From Polyangium jinanense (GTDB lineage: Bacteria > Myxococcota_A > Polyangia > Polyangiales > Polyangiaceae): 64,000 nt of DNA. The notes beneath the pieces are model-generated. The model was not told the DNA's origin. It did not search any database and worked only from the letters and a program-made list of their open reading frames with translations. The stretch is taken from NCBI RefSeq assembly GCF_028435265.1, contig NZ_JAGTJK010000012.1:102900-166899 (forward strand), read 5' to 3'. The first letter of the stretch is position 1; each line of letters begins with the position of its first letter. The position numbers were made by a program, and so were the translations under genes. This document shows, one piece after another, positions 25,398 to 34,340 of this stretch.

Positions 25398-25916
25398 ATG
25401 GAAATCACAGACCGCGGAGAACCTTTGAGCGAGCAGGCCCTCCGAGAGTTGGAGGAGAAGCTCGGCGTGCGCCTGCCCGAACCCTATCGCCGGTTTTTGC
25501 AAGAGTACAATGGAGGCCGGCCAGACCCGGACATACTCGACATCGCCGGAGCCCCCTTCAAGGGCGCGGACGTCCACGTATTCTTTGGCCTAGGACGAGA
25601 GTACGAATCCGAGGATCTCTTGTGGAACAATGAGGACTGGAAGCGGCCCAGCTTGGGCAATGATGTCCTCGCAATCGCGTGTGATTCAGGCGGAAGCCTC
25701 TTCGGCATCGTCACCGAGGGGGAGCAGCGAGGCCGCGTGTACTATTTCGACTACTATGCGGACTGGGAGCCCTACTTCGTCGCCAGCGACTTCGACGCGT
25801 TCCTCCAGAAACTGCGAGCGTGGACGCCCGAGGAGCTAGCCGAGATCAAAAAGCTCGCGGCGGAGAACGCGGCGGCGAACGCCGCGGAGCTTGACCCCGA
25901 CAAACCTGCCGAGTAG
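25398..25916 (+). CDS. SMI1/KNR4 (SUKH-1) family immunity protein
   Basis: The ATG lies 1 nt after the toxin stop, preceded by gaaggggaga. LSEQALRELEEKLGVRLPEPYRRFLQEYNGG...VLAIACDSGGSLFGIV...GRVYYFDYY...FVASDFDAFLQKL is the classic SUKH-1 pattern. Confidence 0.8.
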   Translation: MEITDRGEPLSEQALRELEEKLGVRLPEPYRRFLQEYNGGRPDPDILDIAGAPFKGADVHVFFGLGREYESEDLLWNNEDWKRPSLGNDVLAIACDSGGSLFGIVTEGEQRGRVYYFDYYADWEPYFVASDFDAFLQKLRAWTPEELAEIKKLAAENAAANAAELDPDKPAE

Positions 25917-25932
25917 GATTCGCGGCAGAGAC

Positions 25933-26616
25933 ATGGACGACCAACTCGACCTCGGTCCGGCGTACGCGCCGTCCGCCGCGTCGCCGCCCGCCGCGCCCCT
26001 CCCCAGCGTGGTCGCGCCCTACGAAAGGGTGGTGATGTTCTCTTTCCCGGTCGGCGTCGTGGTCGGGCTGGTTGTAGGCTCTGTGGAGTATCTCCGGTTC
26101 GCCTACGCGCTGAGCTTCTTCGATCCGGACAAGCTCCTCCCGTATTTCACGGGCATCGCCGTGCTCCGCGTGATAGGCCCCTCCAGCGCCATGATCGCCG
26201 CATCGATCACGGCGGTCCTCGTCCTTCATCGCGCCGGGCGCAGGGCAAGCGGACCCATCGAGATCGATCACGCGCGCGTGCTCCTCGTCCTGGCGGCGCT
26301 CCCACATCTCACGGTCGTGACGATGCCATTCTGCGTCCTCGGCGCCCTGCTGGTGTGGCTTGCAAGAACCGCGGGAGCCGTGACCGTGTTTTTGAAAGCC
26401 ATGCTCGACGTCGGGGTGATATGGACCCATTTCGCTTTCGGCCTGGCCTTCACCGCGCTCTGCGGGCTTTGGCTCACGTACCTGCTCCGCATCGGGGCAA
26501 ACTGGCTCACCACGAAGAAGCACGGCCTCGCCCTGAAGCTCTTCGTCGCATTCGCCTCGCTCGCCATACCCAATGCTGTTCTACGGGCTGTCCTTTCGCT
26601 CGTGGATCCGGTTTGA
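25933..26616 (+). CDS. Hypothetical polytopic membrane protein (~227 aa)
   Basis: ATG at 25933 (MDDQLDLG...), in frame with track ORF 25891..26616. About 5-6 hydrophobic helices. No family was recognised confidently; any MlaE-like resemblance is too weak to call. Confidence 0.5.
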   Translation: MDDQLDLGPAYAPSAASPPAAPLPSVVAPYERVVMFSFPVGVVVGLVVGSVEYLRFAYALSFFDPDKLLPYFTGIAVLRVIGPSSAMIAASITAVLVLHRAGRRASGPIEIDHARVLLVLAALPHLTVVTMPFCVLGALLVWLARTAGAVTVFLKAMLDVGVIWTHFAFGLAFTALCGLWLTYLLRIGANWLTTKKHGLALKLFVAFASLAIPNAVLRAVLSLVDPV

Positions 26617-26644
26617 GCCCGCTCTTCCGGTTGCACACCTCAGC

Positions 26645-26926
26645 TACCCAGCGGGTCGTCCTCAGCGAGCCGGCAGGCCGTCCTCGTCCTTCCGCAGGCC
26701 GTCGTCACCTACGCGGCAAGCCGTCCTCGTCCTTCCGTAGGCCGTTCTCATCTACGCGGCAGGCCGTCCTCACCTAACCGGAAGGCCGTCCTCACCTACC
26801 CGGCAGGCCGTCCTCGTCCTCCCGCAGGCCGTCGCCACCTACCCGGCAGGCCATCCTCAGCCTCCGAGAGCCTGGCCTCAGCGAGGCAAAAGCCCATCCT
26901 CGTCCTCCCGCACCCCGTCCTCAACC
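26645..26926. repeat. Non-coding array of ~13 degenerate tandem repeats (20-23 bp; alternating long/short units give a ~43-bp super-unit)
   Basis: Example units are tacgcggcaggccgtcctcacc, tacccggcaggccgtcctcgtcc and tcccgcaggccgtcgccacc, sharing the core GGCCGTC(C/G)TC. The array fills most of the 393-bp gap between 26616 and 27010. Stops interrupt the frames I read through the array and no track ORF spans it. Confidence 0.85.
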
Positions 26927-27009
26927 TCCGCCCCTGACGAGATCGTGCTGCCCCTGAAGGAAATATCCGGCGTCAGCGTCTCTCGCGCACCCCTAACCGG
27001 AGGTGCTCG

Positions 27010-27510
27010 ATGACGACGGATACGTTCTCTCCTTATGCTGGCCCTTATGATGTGACCCTCGCTGACGTGAAGGACGATCTCGTCGATCTCCCCGCTGGAT
27101 CCTCCAAGGGCTTCCGTGGCGTGCAGCCTGGCATCGAGGACGTCGTCGACGAGCTTGCCGGCGCCATTCCCGTGTTCGGTGATGCCGCGGGGATCCCCGC
27201 GAAGGTCTACGAGCGCTTCACCGTCGAGACGATGAGCATCGACGCCCTCACCAGGAAGGAGGCGCTCCTCGAAAAGATGCTCGAGGCCACCCGCGAGTCG
27301 AGGCGCCTCAAGGTCCACCAGCGCGAGAACACCATCGCCCAGATGGTCGACATCGCCAAGTCCACCGCCCAGCGCACCCGCAACAAGGGCATCCTCGCGC
27401 CCTTCGAGAAGACCGTCCGCTACAACGCCCAGACCGCGCTCAAGGCCGTGAAGACCCGCCGCAAGAACGAAGCCGCGAAAGCCGCGGCCACGTCAAGCCT
27501 CGAAAAGTAG
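27010..27510 (+). CDS. Hypothetical protein (166 aa), no signal peptide, immediately upstream of the T6SS operon
   Basis: A GGAGG RBS lies 7 nt upstream of the ATG. The N-terminal half is acidic. The C-terminal half is a Lys/Arg-rich helix (RKEALLEKMLEATRESRRLKVHQRENTIAQMVDIAKSTAQRTRNKG...). No family was recognised. Confidence 0.55.
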   Translation: MTTDTFSPYAGPYDVTLADVKDDLVDLPAGSSKGFRGVQPGIEDVVDELAGAIPVFGDAAGIPAKVYERFTVETMSIDALTRKEALLEKMLEATRESRRLKVHQRENTIAQMVDIAKSTAQRTRNKGILAPFEKTVRYNAQTALKAVKTRRKNEAAKAAATSSLEK

Positions 27511-27692
27511 CCCTTCGTTCGACGCTCGGGGGCTACGCGCGGGCAAGCCGAGCTACGCCCCCAAACCCCCGCCCCCTCCTCGGCCATCCCACAGCCGTCC
27601 CCCCTAACCCATCGATTCCGCTCTCCTCTGTAGTCTACCTTCGCGAGTTTGTAGACCCGTCCCGCACGATCGCTCTACCCTATACGACACTC

Positions 27693-28190
27693 ATGGGTTC
27701 GTGTAGGCACGCTCGGGGCGGAGCGAGGGGCAGGGCGCGATGGATCGCAGCGCTTGCCCTGGTCTTGCCTTTGGGCCTCGGGTGCTCCGCGGGTCCCCCG
27801 CCGACCCGGTTTCTCGTCGAGGTCGCAATCACCGCCAAGGCGAACCGGAATTCGCCCGTCCCCATGACCCTCGTCGCGGTCCAGGACGCGAAGCTCTTCG
27901 ACCAGATCATCAAGCTCACCGCCAAGCAGTGGTACGAGCAGCGCGAGCAGATGCGCCGGGATTTCCCGAGCGGCACCGCGTTCACCGAGTGGGATTGGGA
28001 ATTCGTCCCGGGCCAGGCCCCACCACCCATGGTCGTCGAGGTCGACGGCAAGGCCCTCGGCGCCGTCATCTTTGCAAACTACCGCTCGCCCGGCGATCAT
28101 CGCTTTCGTATTGGCCCGCAACGCCGGATGCGGGTCGACCTCGGCGACGACGACCTCGTCGTGAGCCCCCTCGATGCTCCGGAGGATTGA
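27693..28190 (+). CDS. tssJ: T6SS outer-membrane lipoprotein TssJ
   Basis: 165 aa with lipobox LPLGLGC. The fold pattern EVAITAKANRNSPVPMTLVAVQDAKLF...AVIFANYRSPGDHRFRI resembles SciN/TssJ. Its position directly 5' of tssK-tssL-tssM supports the call. Confidence 0.75.
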   Translation: MGSCRHARGGARGRARWIAALALVLPLGLGCSAGPPPTRFLVEVAITAKANRNSPVPMTLVAVQDAKLFDQIIKLTAKQWYEQREQMRRDFPSGTAFTEWDWEFVPGQAPPPMVVEVDGKALGAVIFANYRSPGDHRFRIGPQRRMRVDLGDDDLVVSPLDAPED

Positions 28191-28191
28191 C

Positions 28192-29520
28192 ATGCGCGCC
28201 GACGACATTCCGCTCGCGATTCAATGGCACGACGGGATGCTCCTGTCGCCGCAGCACTTCCAGGAAGCCGATCGCAGATCCGAACGCCTGCTCGCCTATC
28301 ACCTCGGACAAGCCGCGCCGTATCACCACGGCATCGTCGAACTCAAGCTCGCCGAAGGCACGCTCGGCAGCGGTCTCCTCCGTGTTCAGAAGGTCGAAGC
28401 CATCATGCCCGATGGCACCCTCGTCCATCACGCCGGCGGCAAACACGACCTCTCCGTCGACCTCCGCCCCCAGGCCGCGCTCGTCCGCGACGCACCCGCC
28501 ACCGTCTTCCTCGCCGTCCCGCGCGCGCAGGCCGCCGTCTCCGCCTCCGCCGCGGACCTTGCGCGCCACCGCTCCGCCGAAGGCGCGGCCGTCGTCGACG
28601 AACACACCGGCGAAGATCCCCTCGAGATCCCGCGCATCGCCCCGAGCGTCCGCCTCCTCGTCGCGGCCGAACCTCCGCCGCGCCTCGTCTGTTTGCGCAT
28701 CGCGCGCGTTCGCCTCGAAGGCGAGGCGTTCGTCGCGACCGACTACATCCCGCCGACCCTCGGCGTCGCCCCGGGCTCGCCCCTCGACGAGATGTGTCAA
28801 CGCCTTGCCGGTCGCCTCCGCGAGAAGGCCATGCGCCTCGCCGAAAAGGCGAACTTCCTCTCACGCACCACCGATCGCGAGCTCATCGGCGAGATCCGCC
28901 GCCAGATCCAGTGCCTCGTCGCCGCGCTCCCTCCCTTCGAGGCCGTCCTCTACTCCGAGCGCCCGCATCCGTTCTCCCTGTTCGTCACGCTCACGGGCCT
29001 CGTCGGCCAGATCTCCTCGCTCGCGCGCACGCCCGTGCCGCCGCTCCTGCCGAGGTACCGGCACGACGACCTCCGCGCGACCTTCGAGAATGCCCGCGAT
29101 CACATCTTCCGCATGGTCGACGAGGGCATCATCGAGTCGTTCACGGCCTATCCGTTCGACCTCAAGGAGGGCAAGTACAACGTCCTCTTCCAGCGCGAGT
29201 TCCGAACGCGCGCCGTCGTCATCGCCGTCCGCGCCCCGCGTGGCGTGCGCGAGGATCAGCTCCTCAACTGGATGAACGGCGCGCTCATCGGCGCCCCGGG
29301 GCGCCTGCGCACCATGCAGGAGAGCCGCATCCTCGGCGCTGGCAGGAAGCGCGTCGAGCGCCACGGCGACCTCGTCGCCACGCCCGGCACCTTGCTCTTC
29401 GAGCTCGAAGAGCAGAGCGTCTACCTCGACCCGGGCGAGCCGCTCACCTTGTGCAACACGGCCGATCCGACGGGCCAGAGCGGACCGTCCGAGGCGGTCC
29501 TCTACGTGAAGAGCGGGTAG
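28192..29520 (+). CDS. tssK: T6SS baseplate subunit TssK
   Basis: The ATG at 28192 follows a ggagga RBS. The N-terminus MRADDIPLAIQWHDGMLLSPQHFQEADRRSERLL is the canonical TssK start (W.eGm.L.PqHFQq.dr). ~442 aa. Confidence 0.9.
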   Translation: MRADDIPLAIQWHDGMLLSPQHFQEADRRSERLLAYHLGQAAPYHHGIVELKLAEGTLGSGLLRVQKVEAIMPDGTLVHHAGGKHDLSVDLRPQAALVRDAPATVFLAVPRAQAAVSASAADLARHRSAEGAAVVDEHTGEDPLEIPRIAPSVRLLVAAEPPPRLVCLRIARVRLEGEAFVATDYIPPTLGVAPGSPLDEMCQRLAGRLREKAMRLAEKANFLSRTTDRELIGEIRRQIQCLVAALPPFEAVLYSERPHPFSLFVTLTGLVGQISSLARTPVPPLLPRYRHDDLRATFENARDHIFRMVDEGIIESFTAYPFDLKEGKYNVLFQREFRTRAVVIAVRAPRGVREDQLLNWMNGALIGAPGRLRTMQESRILGAGRKRVERHGDLVATPGTLLFELEEQSVYLDPGEPLTLCNTADPTGQSGPSEAVLYVKSG

Positions 29521-29527
29521 GGGCGCG

Positions 29528-30283
29528 ATGGCTGCTTCTCCGGGACGCTTTGCGCTCGGCCCCAAACAGGCCGCCCTGCGGGACCAGCGCGTCCTCGTCG
29601 ACGCGTTCTGCAACTTCCACGCGGACGTCGTCACGCAGAAGCGCATCGTCGTCGCCTCGGGCGGCGTCATGCCCTACGACGCCGTCCAGCAGCGCCTCCT
29701 CGACGCCTTCGAACAGCAGGCCGGCAAGATCCAGAGCTCGCTCCCCGAGCACGAACGCCGCCTCTTCGAGGAGACCCGCTACGTCATGATCGCCATGGCC
29801 GACGAGGTCTTCCTCCACCTCGACTGGTTTGGCAAAGAGTACTGGGCAGACAAACCGCTCGAATCGATCGTCTTTCAGACCCGCGACTCGGGCGATCGTT
29901 TCTTCAATCGCATCGACGACGCCCTCAACGGACGCACCCCGGCGTCGTCGCAGCTCCTCACGGTGTACCTCACGGCCCTCGCGCTCGGCTTCCGCGGCCG
30001 GTACGCGCCCCTCGGCACCGGCGAGCCCGAGACCTACCGCGCGCGTATCGTCGACTTCCTCGCCCGCACCGATCCCGAGATCGTCCGCGGCGAAGACCTC
30101 TGCCCCCAGGCGCACGAGCACACCGCGACCGATACGCCCCAGAAACGTTTGCCCTCCCTCTCCCGAGGCATCCTGCCGTTCCTCGTCGTCATCCTCGGCT
30201 GGATCGTCATCGGTGAGATCCTCTGGCTTTATCGCACGGCCGAGCTCGACACCGTGCTCGACCGCATCGAGGACGCCACGTGA
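29528..30283 (+). CDS. tssL: T6SS membrane-complex protein TssL (DotU/IcmH family), without a peptidoglycan-binding extension
   Basis: YVMIAMADEVFL...SGDRFFNRIDDAL...LLTVYLTALALGFRGRY followed by a C-terminal TM helix (ILPFLVVILGWIVIGEILWLY) is the DotU pattern. 251 aa. Confidence 0.9.
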   Translation: MAASPGRFALGPKQAALRDQRVLVDAFCNFHADVVTQKRIVVASGGVMPYDAVQQRLLDAFEQQAGKIQSSLPEHERRLFEETRYVMIAMADEVFLHLDWFGKEYWADKPLESIVFQTRDSGDRFFNRIDDALNGRTPASSQLLTVYLTALALGFRGRYAPLGTGEPETYRARIVDFLARTDPEIVRGEDLCPQAHEHTATDTPQKRLPSLSRGILPFLVVILGWIVIGEILWLYRTAELDTVLDRIEDAT

Positions 30284-33200
30284 CCGTCGGCACCCTCCTC
30301 AAGATCGTCGCCGGCCTGATCGCGCTCGCCGTCGTTGGCGTCGGGATCTACGCGTTCGTCCTCGCGCAGAAAAAGAAAGCGCAGAAGGCCGCGGAGCTCG
30401 CGAGGCAGGGCGGCGCGCCCGATCCCATCGCCGAGATCCGCGCCTCCGTGGCCAAGGCCAAAGCCGCGCTCGTCAAGAAGGTCCAGGACAAGACCGCGCG
30501 CGAGGAGATGCCGCGCTACCTCGTCCTCGGCGAACCCTCGTCCGGAAAAACCACGCTCCTCGGCGGCTCGGGCCTCAGCGTCCAGCTCATGGAGGGCGGC
30601 GATCCCGCGCCCGGCGATACGTCGTCCGTCAACCTCTGGATGCTCGGCAAGGCCCTCATCGTCGACGTCGCCGGCCGCCTCCTCTTCGGCGAGGGCGGCA
30701 CGGCCGCGCCCGATCCGCCGTATCGCGCCCTGCTCCAGGAGCTCAAGCGCCTCCACCCCGATCGCCCCATCGACGGCATCCTGCTCACGGTCCCTTGCGC
30801 CGAGGTCATGCAGACGGCGCGCTCCACGCCCGCCGAGCGCAAGCGCAAGGCCACGATCCTGCGCGCCGCCATCTCCTTGGCGCAGCAGACCCTCGGCATG
30901 AACGTCCCGGTCTACGTGATCGTCACGCAGACCGATCGCCTCGCCGGTTTCCGTAGCCTCGGCATGGAGGTCGCGCAGACCCGTCGCGACGACATCCTCG
31001 GCTGGTCGAGCCCGCACCCGCCCTTCACCGACGGCTCCGAGGACTGGGCCTCCGAAGCGCTCGGCACCGTCCGCGATGCACTCCTCCGTTACCAGGCGCG
31101 ACGCTTCGCCGGCCCCTCCGTCGTCCGCGCGCCTGACGACTTTTTCCTGTTCCCGAGCGAGATCGAGGCGCTCACCGACGGCCTGCAAACCTACGTCGAC
31201 CCCGTCTTTCTCGAAGGCGCCGGCCAGGACACGCTCACCCTCCGCGGCATCTACTTTTGCGGCCTCGCCGATCCGCCCGGTCCTCCGCAGCTCACGGCCC
31301 CGGGCGCCACGCCCGCCGCGCTCGCGCCGCCGCCCGCGGCCGCGGCTGGGTCGGGCAAGGTCCTCTTCTCGAAGGACCTCTTCGAGCACAAAGTGTTTGC
31401 CGAGCGGAACCTCGGCCAGCCCGCGGCCGCCGCGCTCAGGAGCCGCCGGCGTATCAACCTCGCGCTCCAGATCGCGGCGTGTTGCCTCGGCGGCGCCTTC
31501 CTCGCGGCCCTCTGGATCGACGCCTCGCGCCTCGAACGCCGCACGAACGCGCTGATGCCGTTCCTCCGCGACGTGCAGAGCAACGTCCTTTCGGCGAAGA
31601 GCGAGGCCCCGGGCACCGAGGCGAACTTCGACGCCAAGAAGCTCCGCGCCAAGGCCCTGATCGAAAAACTCGAAACGATCGAAGAGTCGGGCCGCCTCCG
31701 CTCCCCGCTGAACCCCTCTTCCTGGTGGGGCCGCCTCGATCGCCGCGTCGATCAGGCGTTCGTCGTGGCCCTCGAGAGTGTCCTCGTCGACACCTTCCGC
31801 GCCGGCCTCAACGAGGAGGCCGCGCACCTCTTGCGCCCGCTCCCGCCGCAGCCCCCGCCCGACGCGTTTTTCCCCCTCAGCGTCGAGAAGAGCCAGGAGT
31901 ACATCAACCTGGAGACGTGGCTGCGCGAGCTCACCGCGTTCGAGGCCCACGTCGCGCGCCACGACGGCCTGCTCGGCGAGTTGCCCAAGGACGCCACGCC
32001 CGACGCCCGCATGCAGAGCGTCGCCGACCTCTCGGATTACCTGCTCGGCTACAAGACTTCGCCCACGATCGCGGTCGACTACTACCGCAACGCCCTCGCG
32101 CGCGGCGCGCGCCGTCAGCCCTTTGACGTCGCCCCGCGCCGCGATCCGGCTCGGGAGAAGGCCACGGCGCTCTTCAAGGGCCTGCAGGATCGGGTCCTCG
32201 AAGCCTACAGCGACGCCGTCGTCCGCGCCGACGTCGAGCAGCTCGTGCAGAGCCTCAAGGACCTCGAAACGAAGGGCGCCGAGTACACCGTGCAGGACCT
32301 CTGGACCTTGCGCGACACGATCGCCCGGGTCGAAGCGCACCTCGGCGCGCCCACGCTCTCCTGGGTCTCGGGCGAGTCGCTCCCGCCGAACGAGGGCATC
32401 GCGAACCTGCTCAAGACCGTCAAGAATTCGCGCCTCCTCGGCCCCGACGTCGAGGCGTCCTTGCGCGGCGGCGTCGACGCGCGCCTGCTCGACCTCAAGA
32501 CCTACGTCGCGAGCGCGGGCGCGCCCCTCTCCGGGCCCATCCTGGAGCGCAAGGGCGGCGTCCTGCTCATGCGCCTCTCGCCCTTCATCCTCGGGCTCAA
32601 GGCGCCCATCGACGCGCTCCGCCAGCAGACGTTCATGACGGCCGAGGAGGAGAAGACCCTCACGCCCGACGTCGATCGCTCGCGTGTCGACTGGGACGGC
32701 GAGGTGCTCAAAGAGGCCGCGCGTTTGCCCAAGGACTACGAGGCCTTCGTCCAGGGCGGCGTCCTCAAGACGGTCGATTCGCGCATCCGCAACACCATCT
32801 CCGACCTCACGGTCCGCCAGGTCAAGGCGAACACCCTCGGCGCCGTCGCCCGCGCCGCGCGCCCGGCCACGCCGCTGTCGGGGAACAACAATCGCCAGTT
32901 CGAGAACGTCCGCGCCGACGCCGCGAACCTCGGCCAGGCGATGGCGCCCATTCGCGAGATGATCGGCGCGTTCGTGCGCCTGCGCATGGACGACGCCCGC
33001 GATCGCCTGCGCGAGGTCTTGCGTGGCCAGGGCTCCGAGGTCCTCGGCCGCGGCGCCGACGTCCTGCGCGCCGAGAACCTCTACGGCCTCAAGAAGGGCG
33101 GCTTCACCTGGTGGGATGGCAAATCGACGCCGGCGTTCGAGGCGTTCAGCGTCCCCGACGCCGGGCGTTTGTCCGAGTATGCCGCGGCCCAGCGCACGCG

Positions 33201-34326
33201 CGCGGCCACGTTGCACAAGGAGCTCGCCGAGCCGCTGCTCACGGCCATGGAGAGCCCCGAGGTCGCGGGCGACGCGAGCGGTGATCCCAACGTCTCGCTC
33301 TGGCAGAACGTCGCCTGGCCGCTCAAGGATTACGAGAACAAGAAGGCGGGCAACGGGGTCTCGAACCTGGAGACCTTCATGCTCTCGGATCTCCCGCTCA
33401 TCACGGCGAAGAACTGCATCGCCGAGCTCGACAAACGCGCCGGCGTCGACGGCTCGGGCGGCTTCTTCGCGGGCAAGCAGAAGTACATCGTCGAGGAGCT
33501 GCGCGAGCGGTGCCGCGTCCTTGCCGGCGAGGAGATGCGTGATCGTTATGCCGCGCTCCGCCGCACCTTCAACCGCGAGCTGTCGGGCAAGTTCCCCTTC
33601 GTGAAGATCGAGCCGGGCATCCGCGTCGAGGACGCGCGGCCCGAGACCGTGCGGCGTTTCCTCCAGGACGCCGCCGATTTCCGTTCCGATTTCGGCTACG
33701 TCCTCGGCAAGGACACGAAGGCCTCGGCCGGCGAGGTCGGGCGATTCCTCGAAAAGATCGAGGCTGTCCGCGCCTTCATGATGCCCATGTGGGCGCAGGT
33801 CGAGTCGGCCGAGGACGGCATCTACGACGTCAAGGTCGAGTTCCGCGTCAATCCCGGCCTCGAGGTCGGCGGCAACCGCATCGCCGAGTGGGCCGTGCGC
33901 CTCGCGGACGAACGCCTGTGGCGCGACGGCCCCAAGGCCGAGGCGAGCTGGCGCGTGAACGACTCGGTCCGCCTCGATCTGCGCTGGGCGAAGAGCAGCC
34001 TCGACGTCCCGCTGCCGACGCAGGGCCCCAATGTCTTCGTCAATGATCGGACCGTCACGTTCGAGGAGCGCGGCCCCTGGGCGCTCTTGCGCATGATCGC
34101 GTTCCATCAGACCGCGGCGCGCGACGGCTCGCAGAAGACCGAGGGGGGCTCGCACGTGCTCGGCTTCGTCGTGCAATCGTCGCCCGATCCGACGGGTGGC
34201 TTCATCGAGCGCGTCGGCACCGACGCCAACACCGTCCGTGTCTTCATCCGCGTCGCGCTCACCGGCGTCGAGAAGGACCGGCTCCTCCGATACCCCGAGT
34301 TTCCGGCGATCGCCCCGAACCTTTAG
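30280..34326 (+). CDS. tssM: T6SS membrane-complex protein TssM (IcmF family)
   Basis: A GTG start overlaps the tssL stop (GTGA). There is an N-terminal TM helix and a Walker A motif LGEPSSGKTTLL. 1348 aa, in the syntenic position after tssL. Confidence 0.9.
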   Translation: MTVGTLLKIVAGLIALAVVGVGIYAFVLAQKKKAQKAAELARQGGAPDPIAEIRASVAKAKAALVKKVQDKTAREEMPRYLVLGEPSSGKTTLLGGSGLSVQLMEGGDPAPGDTSSVNLWMLGKALIVDVAGRLLFGEGGTAAPDPPYRALLQELKRLHPDRPIDGILLTVPCAEVMQTARSTPAERKRKATILRAAISLAQQTLGMNVPVYVIVTQTDRLAGFRSLGMEVAQTRRDDILGWSSPHPPFTDGSEDWASEALGTVRDALLRYQARRFAGPSVVRAPDDFFLFPSEIEALTDGLQTYVDPVFLEGAGQDTLTLRGIYFCGLADPPGPPQLTAPGATPAALAPPPAAAAGSGKVLFSKDLFEHKVFAERNLGQPAAAALRSRRRINLALQIAACCLGGAFLAALWIDASRLERRTNALMPFLRDVQSNVLSAKSEAPGTEANFDAKKLRAKALIEKLETIEESGRLRSPLNPSSWWGRLDRRVDQAFVVALESVLVDTFRAGLNEEAAHLLRPLPPQPPPDAFFPLSVEKSQEYINLETWLRELTAFEAHVARHDGLLGELPKDATPDARMQSVADLSDYLLGYKTSPTIAVDYYRNALARGARRQPFDVAPRRDPAREKATALFKGLQDRVLEAYSDAVVRADVEQLVQSLKDLETKGAEYTVQDLWTLRDTIARVEAHLGAPTLSWVSGESLPPNEGIANLLKTVKNSRLLGPDVEASLRGGVDARLLDLKTYVASAGAPLSGPILERKGGVLLMRLSPFILGLKAPIDALRQQTFMTAEEEKTLTPDVDRSRVDWDGEVLKEAARLPKDYEAFVQGGVLKTVDSRIRNTISDLTVRQVKANTLGAVARAARPATPLSGNNNRQFENVRADAANLGQAMAPIREMIGAFVRLRMDDARDRLREVLRGQGSEVLGRGADVLRAENLYGLKKGGFTWWDGKSTPAFEAFSVPDAGRLSEYAAAQRTRAATLHKELAEPLLTAMESPEVAGDASGDPNVSLWQNVAWPLKDYENKKAGNGVSNLETFMLSDLPLITAKNCIAELDKRAGVDGSGGFFAGKQKYIVEELRERCRVLAGEEMRDRYAALRRTFNRELSGKFPFVKIEPGIRVEDARPETVRRFLQDAADFRSDFGYVLGKDTKASAGEVGRFLEKIEAVRAFMMPMWAQVESAEDGIYDVKVEFRVNPGLEVGGNRIAEWAVRLADERLWRDGPKAEASWRVNDSVRLDLRWAKSSLDVPLPTQGPNVFVNDRTVTFEERGPWALLRMIAFHQTAARDGSQKTEGGSHVLGFVVQSSPDPTGGFIERVGTDANTVRVFIRVALTGVEKDRLLRYPEFPAIAPNL

Positions 34327-34340
34327 GAGACAGAGCCTCG

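Noticed and set aside
26645-26926. Possible CRISPR array
   Set aside because: The repeats are contiguous and degenerate with no unique spacers, the unit is only 20-23 bp, and there are no cas genes in the window.
30229-34176. 1315-aa minus-strand ORF
   Set aside because: It is the antisense of tssM.
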